Positions 36,901 to 48,700 of a stretch of DNA of 64,000 nt are shown here, one piece after another. The notes beneath the pieces were generated by a model that had not been told where the DNA came from, ran no database searches, and worked only from the letters and a program-made list of their open reading frames with translations. Origin of the DNA: Octopus vulgaris (taxonomy: Eukaryota); contig OX597814.1 of assembly GCA_951406725.2 (NCBI GenBank), forward strand, positions 81,468,001 to 81,532,000, given 5' to 3'. The position numbers and the translations under genes are program-made. The first letter of the stretch is position 1. Each line of letters starts with the position of its first letter.

Positions 36901-39900
36901 TATATAGTTATTTCCCTTACAAACCCGAGCAACGCCGGGCGATACTGCTAGTATATATATATATATATATATAACATAAGGGACTAAAGCCATCTGAATA
37001 TGGCTAGGGACAGGGCAGGGTGGTGGGGGTGTTACTGTTGCATTTAGCCCCAGGCGAACATCAACGTCGCCAGATAGGCTTGACACCATCACGGCGTCCT
37101 TTATCCTGCAAAGGGAGATAATTCCCCGATGAAGCGGAAACCACACACGGACCTAGGTTTCAAGGTGTATTGCCTATCATCAACGTGTGGTAGGCCCCTG
37201 CTTCCTCGACGAACAACCCACTCTGCAGGATATTTATATATAGATTTTCAAGCAAAATACATTTGCTGATTTCGAAAATCTGTGGGCTAAATGCAACAGT
37301 AACACCCCCACCACCCTGCCCTGTCCCTAGCCATATTCAGATGGCTTTAGTCCCTTATGTTATGGAGCAGTTACTGTCTATATCTCATTTAGAGAATTAT
37401 TATTGCTGTCGAACAGATTTTCGAAATCAGCAAATGTATTTTGCTTGAAAATCTATATATAAATATCCTGCAGAGTGGGTTGTTCGTCGAGGAAGCGGGG
37501 GCCTACCACACGTTGATGATAGGCAATACACCTTGAAACCTAGGTCCGTGTGTGGTTTCCGCTTCATCGGGGAATTATCTCCCTTTGCAGGATAAAGGAC
37601 GCCGTGATGGTGTCAAGCCTATCTGGCGACGTTGATGTTCGCCTGGGGCTAAATGCAACAGTAACACCCCCACCACCCTGCCCTGTCCCTAGCCATATTC
37701 AGATGGCTTTAGTCCCTTATGTTATGGAGCAGTTACTGTCTATATCTCATTTAGAGAATTATTATTGCTATATATATATAGGTGCAGGCCTGACTGTGTG
37801 GTAAGAAACTTACTTCCCAACTGCATGGTTTCAAGTTCAATCCCACCATGTGGCACTTTGTGTAAGTGTTTTCTACTGCAGCATCAGTATTCAATATTTC
37901 AGGGTTATGACCTCATTTTCAAGAAATTATTGAATGTTGCCATATGCGTGTGTGGAGTGGACATGCATGGAAAGGTGTTGTTATAGCAACCAGCTAGCTT
38001 CCTGTAACTTTCTTCTGTTGCTGATCTTAGGTTTCATTTGGCCTCAGAGATTCTAAGGTTGCCCCTGTTCTGCTGTGTTGCCTTGATGTGCACTGTGAAT
38101 TTCTGGGTCTAGCATTTCAGTAGAAGTTTCTTCACGGAAGTTTCTGCTTGCATGTGTTCTTTAATGCATATATGCAGTTTTCTTGTTGTGCTTTCTATGC
38201 AGGATGTGCCACATTTGCCACAGATGATCTCATATACAACATAGGTCCTCTGGCACAATTCAAGGGGCAGTATGATAATGTGCACTCCTCATAGTAGTGA
38301 GAAGTATTGTTCTTAGACAGAGCTTTTCTCAGGGAAGGGCCAGTGTGCACTATCTGTATGTCGAGTCCTTCCCTGTGTACTGCATTTTGTATTGCTGCAG
38401 TAGTTCTGTCGTCAAAATGTGGTACCTTTAGGAAGCACAGGCCAGACTTGGGAGTATGATGGTTCTTCCGGGGTTTATTGACCTTGATGTTCTTTAGTCG
38501 CCATTGTTTAGCTAAAGATGGTGGGTAGCCATTCAGGGTTAGGTCTCTGAAGAACTGCTTGGCATTGACATGCAGTCCGCAAGGGAGGACTCGACATACA
38601 GATAGTGTACACCAGCCCTTCTCTGAGAAAAGCTCTGTCCAAGAACAACACCTCTCACTACTCCGAGGAGTGCACATTATCAAACTGCCCCATCACTGAC
38701 CCAGAATTGTGCCAGAAGACCTATGTTGTATATAAGATCATCTGTGGCAAATGTGGCACATCCTACATAGGAAGCACAAGAAAACTGCATGTACGGATTA
38801 AGGAACACATGCATGCAGACACTTCTATGAAGAAATATCTACAGAAATGCCAGACCCGGGAATTCACAGTGCACATCAAGGCAACACAGCAGAACAGGGG
38901 CAGCCTTAGAATCTTTGAGGCCATCCTCACACACACACACACACAGACCAAAAGAAACCTAAGATCAACAACAGAAGAGAGTTACAGGAAGTTAACTGGT
39001 TGCTATAGCAACACCTTTCTGCGCATGTCCATTCCACACACGCATATCGGCAACATTCATTATTTTCTTGAAAATGGGATCATAACCTCAAAACATTGAA
39101 TACAAGGTAAATCTACATTAATTCATATATTTGTTTTCTTGTGATTTGCCTTGCATTTACTTCGCATTGTTCCAGCCTTAACCACGATCCTTTATACAAT
39201 ATATATAGTCAATTCAAATAAATGAATAAAATTAACAGACAAGAGGATGTGCACAAGGAATCTATTAACTTGATACTCAGTGAAAAGAAAGTGTTTGATG
39301 TTTCGAGCATAGCTCTTTGTCAGAAAGGAGAAAGGGAAAAGTCCAAAGAAGGAAAAGAAATTGCCAACAACATGTATGTTGTTACATTACTTGTGCATGT
39401 ATGTGTGTGTGTTTCTTATGTATGTATACCCACATCATGTGATCATGTGATAGTTGGAAGGTTAGGGTTGGTGACAGGAAGGGCAACACAACTGATTATA
39501 GAAAATCTGCCTCAACAAATTCCATCTGACCCATGCAAGCATGGAAAAGTGAATATTGAATAATGATGATGATGTGGATATAGACACGCACACACATACA
39601 ACATTGGTACAAGCACCAATAATTATGCACATGTTGATATATCTGGTTATATAAGTATTCTTTATACATATATAATATCTAAATATGAATAGTTAGGAAC
39701 ACACAGCACCAAGTTACATTATCAAATCATTTACCAATCACACATTAGTAACATGTATAAATCTAAGGGAGGAAAAACTTAACTTACGTAGCAAACACTG
39801 TGGGTCCTCAGTCATTGTGATTCGAACTGACCATTGAGGGGCTTGGAGGGGGTCAAGATCCCTGCAATAAATATATTGCATTATATAACAAATATACAAA

Positions 39901-39954
39901 TTTCCTGTTTGAAGAATAGCATGCAATGTTATTCATTAAAGATACACTTTATAA

Positions 39955-39997
<43 letters not shown>

Positions 39998-42420
39998 CAT
40001 ACATACAAACACAACACACATCATTGAGTAGAATGTTTATATACATATATATATATATATTAACAAGAAGAATGGCAAAATAGAAACGATTGCTGGTAAT
40101 GTATGATGTATTTGCCAATTAAAGATCTGATTTTCTCTGTTCTTATTCTTGTTGTCTTATACTATGAATTTCTTTAAATTCTTCTTAGCAATATTTGAAT
40201 TTACTTGTCATACATGAAGAATTACACTGGATATTATTCTACTTATATTTACTGGTGTCTAATTATTGGATATAGTTAACCAAATTTGTTTAAAATTGAG
40301 TGTTTTATAAATATCTGCCTGGATTTATTATACCTAAAACATCACCCAACTTTCCCTCATGTTAGATATATGAAGAAAAAACAAGCTCAGTACTATAAGC
40401 TAATAAGCATAAGTAATTTTGAAGCTTAGTACAGTGAACTCTTCTGCTCTTATATGGTGCCTCTACATGAACACTTGACTAACAAGCAAAAGGATGCTTT
40501 GGTGGTCATGACAGGAATGCTTTTGATTATAGGTCTGCTTTATTAGGATTAGCCTAAGGCTAAACAACAAAATAGTACATAGTCTATTACTGAATAAACC
40601 ACCAAGAGTTATGAAATATTTTGTAATGGACACACAAAAAATTGTTGATAATCTGTAGACCTTAATTCATTTATACAAAAGACATTATATTGACAGCAAA
40701 ACTGGTTGAAGTAAAGTTTTTATAATAGCCCAGACCTGCTTATAGAAAGACATAATCTCAGCAGTGTTAGAGAACAATACTTTCTACTTATCAGTGCTTC
40801 CATTATTTATGTCAATATGTTGTACCTACATATAATATCTATAGACAATTTAGATATGTTTCAACCAAAGATTGGTCCAGGCCATGTCTAACTTAATAGC
40901 ACCACCTGATAGGATCTGCTAAGACATTTTTAAGTCAAGTTTTGTGGTATCATGGTCCATTCAAGTAGGGAGTTGTTGTTGGCAGAGATGCATCCATGTG
41001 CAAGTGGCTTGTCTGGTATCCCTCAAAGAAATTTGTCCAAGTTTCATTTGAAGGTGTTGGGATTTTTTTCTGCTTTGACTTGTTTTGGGACAATGTTAAA
41101 TATAGAGTAGGACCTGCTTAGGAAAAGAAATTGTGTTGTAGTGAACTCGTGTTGTGATCTTAAAGACTTAAACAATCTTTTTTTAAGAGACACAGCACAG
41201 TATTAGTGCAAAGATACAGACCAGTGACATTTAGGTTGGTACTCATACATCAGAGTGACTGACAACTCAATTCAAATTATATTTTGTAAAAAAAAAAAAA
41301 AAAATTTTAATTAATCTCGTAAAAAAAATAAACATTTAAAAAGCATATTTCAACTCACGTATAAACCTGATTTTCAACAATAATATTCTCTGAAAGACAT
41401 GGCCAAGTACAAGACAGATGAAGCTCACTGAAAAATAAAATTAAAGTATGAATAAGTAAAATAGCTGACACTTCATTAAAGGTAATCCAGAGATATTTAC
41501 TAACTGCTTAAATAAAAACAGAAGGTAGCTCACTCTGATTCCAAACTACATCCCCAGCCCTAAGAGGAAGGTGTCCTCTTGATTTGTCAGAAATACAAGC
41601 CTAATCTCACTTAAAGCACACCCTACAGGCTTAGAAATAAAACACACTATGCATAAAAAAAATAGATGGTGTGGTTATGGTTTGACTGCTTATTATTATT
41701 GATCTACATGAAGGCAGTGAGCTTGCAGAGCCATTAGTACTCCAGGCGAAATGCTTAGTGGCATTGCATCCAACTTCATGTTCTGAGCTCAAATTCCACA
41801 GAGGAATTCTTTGGGGATTTAGATAAATGTAACAAAAGCAAAATTTGAATGAAATATTAGCCATTTCCCATACTTTCCAGGAGTAAGCAAATAGGAAATA
41901 ACAGCTGCTACCCAAGGACAAACAAATCATGTTACACAGTGTTATGAACAAACATATTCAAATATTATCTGCAAACTATTAGAAAAAAGATTACAACATA
42001 CTTGACTGGATCTTCACAAGCACCAAATGGTAGCATCCCAAAACCTTTACATCCAACATCTTCATCTCCCATGATGGAAAAATCTAATTGAAACAGAGAT
42101 GGAAACAGCCAAAGTATAAAATAATCTTATAATGTTAGATAGGAATAGATATTTTAAAAGAAAATCAATGGGAACCTTTTGACTTATCACCCCAAAAACA
42201 TCACAGCTTTATATGTTATATTTACTGACAATAACATTATATATACATATCTAGTCCATACTGTAAGACATACAAAAGAGAATTGGCCAGTTTTTCCCTG
42301 TTGTTATGTAAGCTAGGTGGCAAGAGGAAAGACCACAGTAGGTAGCAAAACACAACATTCGGTGGCCCATCCAACTCCTGCTGGTATTGAAAGACAGACA
42401 CATGATGATTTTTATTTATT

Positions 42421-42477
<57 letters not shown>

Positions 42478-42671
42478 ATTTATAAAAAAACAAAAGACAA
42501 AGACGGGTGTGTAAACAACAAACAGAGGTATTAGTTTAACGCTCGGTAAGTGAGAAAGTCTTTTACGTTTCGAGCCTATGCTCTTCGACAGAAAGGAACA
42601 CAGAAATAAACAGAGAGAGAAAATAGAAAAAGGTTTAGTGGCTAGCAATCTATCATAGCGATATATATATA

Positions 42672-42735
<64 letters not shown>

Positions 42736-45700
42736 AAGAACAAGAGGAGAAACAGACAGATAGACTATATCTACTAACCTGGAGGAGTCTGAGGCCACAA
42801 AGAATGTGTCCATTCTTCAAGAATATAAGTAAAACGAACTGACACAGCAACTGTAGGTAATGGGTTAATAGCATGACCCTGGATTAAAATAAAACAAAGT
42901 TAAGAAAATAAAAGCCAATCTGATATTAAAGTACATAAGTACAGAGCAGTATTGTAAGGTATATGATTTGATGTTGAAACTATAAAAACTAAGCCCCTTG
43001 TTTTTAGTAACAAGAAATTTTAAATACCTAATGTAATTACTGAGGACGACACCTGGCAAATTATTATAATATCATCCCATAGCTGAAAGGTCACATATTT
43101 GCATTCTATAATCATAACTATTTGCTATGTGTACAATCTGAAGTGTTGTTGTTGTTGTTGTAGCTGTTTAGCTCCAAGTCATCCCCCATTAAGCTGATCT
43201 GTGGTCAGAAGCATCCTAGTTTATAAATGTGATCAAAATTCTCATAGATAAGCAATAACTTACTAATTCAGATTTAAACACATCCAATAAGCCTGCTAAA
43301 TGATTATACTGCATTGGTAATTTCTTCAAATGAGCCATATCAAATGCGATGGTTGCATTAGGCAGCACGCTTGTACCTAAATACAGTCGACGCCATTTCT
43401 GCTGTATCTGTACAAACATGGGCACAGTGCTGAAAGAGAACAATGATTATGAAAATCATTAAAGTATTAAACAAGTAATTATGGTTAGATATTATGGCAG
43501 TTGTCATTATCCTTTCAATGTTGTTACTGCTATTGTAAGCATTAATATTTAATATACAAATGCATATATATTTGTATGAATGTATGTATGAGAAAAAGTA
43601 TGATAAACACAGGGTACAGTTTATACAATTTGTTCCCTATGTACGTTTTGCCACTGTGACTATTTGCATCCTTTGTAATGAGAGTTCATACTGCATTTTG
43701 ACATAAATCTACAACAGTTCTTCAGAGGAACACTTTACTACATTAAGTAAACACAGAGCAAATACACATGATATATACATATATAAATCATAATTCTAAC
43801 AACAATAATAATATGTAAGATGCATAGAATATTTAGCTACTTCATAAAGTGGTCATAAATCAGGCTATCACCATAGTGGATAGCTTAATTTGAATATTTG
43901 TATTTTTGAAAGCCCACTAGTAATTAAACAATATATATTTTATGCAGAAAACAGCATGAATCAAAAGGACTGAAATAAATTTAAATATTACATAACCTAG
44001 CTGTGAAAGAATAAAGAGCAAATTCCTTCTATGCTTTTGATACATGGAAAAAATTGAAGAGTCTTAATAGGCGCAGGAGTGGCTGTGTGGTAAGTAGCTT
44101 GTTTACCAACCACATGGTTCAGGGTTCAGTCCCACTGCGTGGCACCTTGGACAAGTGTCTTCTACTAAAGCCTCGGGCCGACCAAAGCCTTGTGAGTGGA
44201 TTTGATAGACGGAAACTGAAAGAAGCCCGTCGTATATATGTATATGTGTGAGTGCGTGTATGTTTGTGTTTGTCCCCCTAGCATCGCTTGACAACCGATG
44301 CTGGTGTGTTTATGTCCCCGTCACTTAGCGGTTCGGCAAAAGAGACCGATAGAATAAGTACTGGGCTTACAAAGAATAAGTCCCGGGGTCGAGTTGCTCG
44401 ATTAAAGGCGGTGATCCAGCATGGCCACAGTCAAATGACTGAAACAAGTAAAAGAGTAAAAGAGAGTTTGTTAACTGCTCCTTAAAGAATATGCACTCAG
44501 TTTCTTTCCCAAATCAGTGTTTCTGATTAAGCTAACCATTAACGTGATAGCTTAAGGCTGAATATTCTACACTATTAACTAGGTAAGAAAACTGGACATA
44601 CCTTCTCTCAGAATAATCCACAAACCATGAAACAATACTTCAGGAGATTCCCATCTTCTTTTTCCCACAAACCAAAAGCATAGAAGTTATGTGTTTAAAT
44701 ATTTACATTTTTACTCACAGCTAAGCTTCCTAATATTTAAATGAATGTGTGTGTGTGTGTGTATATATATACTTATGTCTAGACATCACGTGCTGGTTGT
44801 AAATGAGCATCATTGTCATACAGGTAACATTGTTCATTTCCGGTCTTCTGTAAAAAGCATGTCAAAGTATGGGAGAATATTACCTTCCTTGGAAACAGGT
44901 AAAGACTGATGACAGGAAGGGCATCTGGACTTAGGAAATCTGCCTCAACAAATTCTGTCTGGCCCATAAAAGCACAGAAAAGTGGACACTAAATGATGAA
45001 ATATATACAGTACATCTCATTATAATCGTTACTTGACAGCCTTTTACCATGCTAGCAATGCAAAAATATATAATTTGTATATGAGTGGTGGGATGAGTAT
45101 ATATAAGAATGCAGCACTACAGAATGCATGCAAATATGAAAATGGATGATTATGATAATACAGATGAAGACATCAAAAACAGTATAAAATGATAATGAAA
45201 ATGATGACAACAACAGTAACTACTTTTCCGTTTAGAAATATAGATTTCATAGATCTTGCCTTTTCTTAATTGGCAAGTTTATACTTTGACTTACCAACCG
45301 GTGTTTCCAAGAGCAATGTTTACAGAACTGAGTAACAGCTTGGCACGACTTTCAATATCAATTATATCAGCAGTAGACTTTGGGGAGAGAACAATGAAGC
45401 TGCGAAGACCATACCTGCAAGAAATATCAAAAGACTGACAAAAACCAAATTCAAACAAACAAATAAAAAATATATGTACCTATTTGTGAACTTACAGTCA
45501 ACATTAATTGAATGCACTAAATAATATATAGCTGAATGCAATACATATAGGAGCACTCCGTCGATTACAACGACTAGGGTCCCAGCTGATACGATTAACG
45601 GAACAGCTTGCTCATGAAATTAACGTGCAGGTGACTGAGCAATCCACAGACACGTATACCCCTAAAGTAGTTCTCAGGGAGATTCAGTGTGACACAGAGT

Positions 45701-48700
45701 GTGACAAGGCCGGCCCTTTGAAATACAGGTACAACTAATTTTTGCCAGCTGAGTGGACTGGAGCAATGTAAAATAAAGTGTCATGCTCAAGAACAATGCG
45801 TTGCCAGGAATTGAACTCACGACCTTACAATTGTGAGCCGAATACCCTAAACACTAAGCCACATGCCTTAAAAAATATTGAATGCAATAAGTAATATATA
45901 ACTAAATGTAATAAATGCATAAATAGATAATATTTTTTTGAAATAGTGGATCTTGAAGCACATATGTTACAAAAAAATGGCATGTTAAAAATTGGTCGAA
46001 AAATCCTTTTAGATAAAAGTCCAAGGCTACCATTGACTTTTTCTATCCAAAATAGTTTTTCAATTCAATATGTATGTTATTATTTATAGCTTATATGCTT
46101 CAAGATCCACTATGCCAAAAAAAGAATTATTTCATATTCTCTTAAAAGTTCATAAATTCTTATGGCATCAACAAATAAATAATTGAATGCAATAAATAAA
46201 TTATTTAGGTTAAGACAGACATTTTGATATAATAACATGTAGATGAAATCAAACAAATAAGGGAGCTTCTACATAGCTGCTTAACCTTCTAGAATCAACA
46301 GTTAATTCTCCCTAAACTCACACAATATTGTCTTTAAAAAAAGGAAAGACATTAAATAGTATAGTTTGGAGGATACTATGTCTTTCTCTTTTTATTATTT
46401 TTTTTAGTCAGGGGTAAGTCAGTACCCATGATTCTTTACAGCATCCTCAAAATTGATGGAAAGGAGGGAGGAAGGTATCCTCAAACTGGAAGCCTAGCTC
46501 AAATGCTTGAAACTGAGTGAACTCGGTTAAAGGCACTCAACATGCCAGATGTAAAGAATAAAAAAGCATGATGGTCAGAGATGGAATACCTTAAATCAAG
46601 AATTTGCTCAATCAGGAATGGTTGAGGGTTAAACAAAATTAAGAATTCTTCTAAGAACATTTCTGGTATGAAGAAACAAAATACTCTATAAAATGTCCCT
46701 GAAAGAATATGATATTGATAACAAAGTTTCTGCTTGAAAACCCCCCAGTCATGATAACAACTCTTTGAAAAAGCAATTTCTTAAACAGTACAATTTTCCA
46801 AATTCCTCTCAACTGTATCATCATTTCAACTGAATGAAAATGCTCCATTTTCTTAAATGGCCATCATAATTATCTGTGAAGATTATTATTTCATCTGCAT
46901 TGCTGATCTCCAACTTACACTAAGGTAATAAATTTTGAAGGAAGAGCAAAATTCATTAAAGTTACAACTATATTTGACTGGTAGTACTTAATTTTTCAAC
47001 CCCAGTAGGATAAAAGGCAAAAATCAACACTTGCAGGATTGGAACTCACAAGACAAAAGGATTAATGAAATACTGCAAGGCATTTTGTCCACAGCACACA
47101 TTCTAAGTTATTGACAAAGCTTGCTGACAGTATAATTAAAAGGATTAAAAAGACTACATGATAATCATGTCAGAAATATTGAGTTTTAAATTTTGTTCAT
47201 AAAGAAATATATTCAATTCTACATTTAAATACACTATATAATTATATTTTGTTTTAAATAAGTAATTTTGAAAAGCAATCAAGAATTTTGTAGGTGAAAC
47301 CTTGTTTTTTTTGTTTTCTTTTACTATTTTTCTAACTGATGGTATGTTGTTGAAAAGCGGGGAAATAAATAAACAATAGATGAACTGATTTAAGAATGAT
47401 TGCAAAAATATAAATATAAAATAGTGATTACAAACCATCTGCAAAGACAATGGGCACGTGATGGGAAGTCATTGTCCATTGACATCATGTCTTCAAATAC
47501 AGTAGGAGTGGCATCTGTCAAAGGAAGGTTATATAGTATTTCAGCTTTATATCATGCAGTAGAAATGAATTTTTAAGAATATGTAGGAGTTATATAACAC
47601 TTTAGCATTTAAACCACCCATATCCAGCCCAAATAATCCATACACTTAATGTTCAAACTAGCCAGATCTGGACTCTCACAGCTAGTCTATAATGCCATTC
47701 TAAAAATAAACAATCACATCTTGCACATACATACACACACACATTTCACAACTACCATACAAATTAAAGAGCAAGCACACAAAAACTAAATTTTATACAA
47801 GAAGTTAGTTGTCTAAAATAATGTAATTAGTACTTATACATCTGGTGCATGACATATGATTTTTACTGATACTGACTATTTCAAATTATAGAGAACGATG
47901 CTTCTGAATAGTAACAACTGGCACTCTAATAGTTACACAACTTGAAAAAACAAAACAAGTGGGGATAGTTGATAACATGAACCTCAGTACTCAGCTGGTA
48001 CCTATTTTATTAACCCCAAAGGATGGAAGGCAAAGGTGACATCAGCAGAATTTGAACTCAGAATTAAATGCCAGAAGAAATGTTGCTATGTTCAGTGTCT
48101 TTAAACTTAAATAAATAATGATAATAAATGTTTTCTATTTTTTAATTCAGAGCCTTTACACATTGCTACAATCTTGTTTACATCATAATCATTTGAACTA
48201 GCTAAGTCCAAACCTCGGTTTTATATTTTTTAGTCACAAGGAGTTGACCTACCAATTAAACAATTGATAGGATTTCTACATGGTCACTCAACCTACTAGA
48301 AACAACAGCCAATTCATCCTTAATTCAAATCTATCTTAAAAGGAATGCTTTGGATAATGTGGTCCTGGGTTTCTAGCTCAGAGGAAAAGACAGGATGGTC
48401 ACACCTGAAATGCTTTTGATCAGAAGTTTATTTAATAGACCTAGGATTAAACAACAACCCTTGAGATGTTCAATTCACTTCTGAAATTTACAAGCCAATA
48501 AAAACTAATCCTTTTCCAACGCCCACCTAAGGACACTACTTAGCTTCAGTTTTAAGCAGGTGTGAGATAAATCTCTCTCTGAAGAAGGTAAGTATGTATA
48601 TGAATTCATAAACTCAACAGTGAAGAGGTATCTACTATTATCTACTGCTTACAGTACTTAGCCTGAGTTAGCTTTGCATTTCATTCATACAGCTTCAATA

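Larger units (their letters stand above)
36971..37769. mobile_element. Non-coding hammerhead-containing retroelement (retrozyme / non-autonomous Penelope-like): inverted copy plus 1.34 tandem copies of a 362-bp unit
   Basis: 36971-37283 is the reverse complement of 37413-37725. 37284-37407 is directly repeated at 37646-37769 (period 362). (TA)n flanks on both sides; hammerhead motif inside. Confidence 0.8.

Noticed and set aside
37550-37804. Triplicated ORF ...GLNATVTPPPPCPVPSHIQMALVPYV as a small protein gene
   Set aside because: It is a by-product of the repeated 362-bp unit, starts at GTG, has no recognisable domain, and a circular monomer would hit a stop (no endless ORF).
44069-44150. 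tRNA gene
   Set aside because: The A/B boxes continue into a multi-copy SINE body and there is no convincing cloverleaf or terminator.
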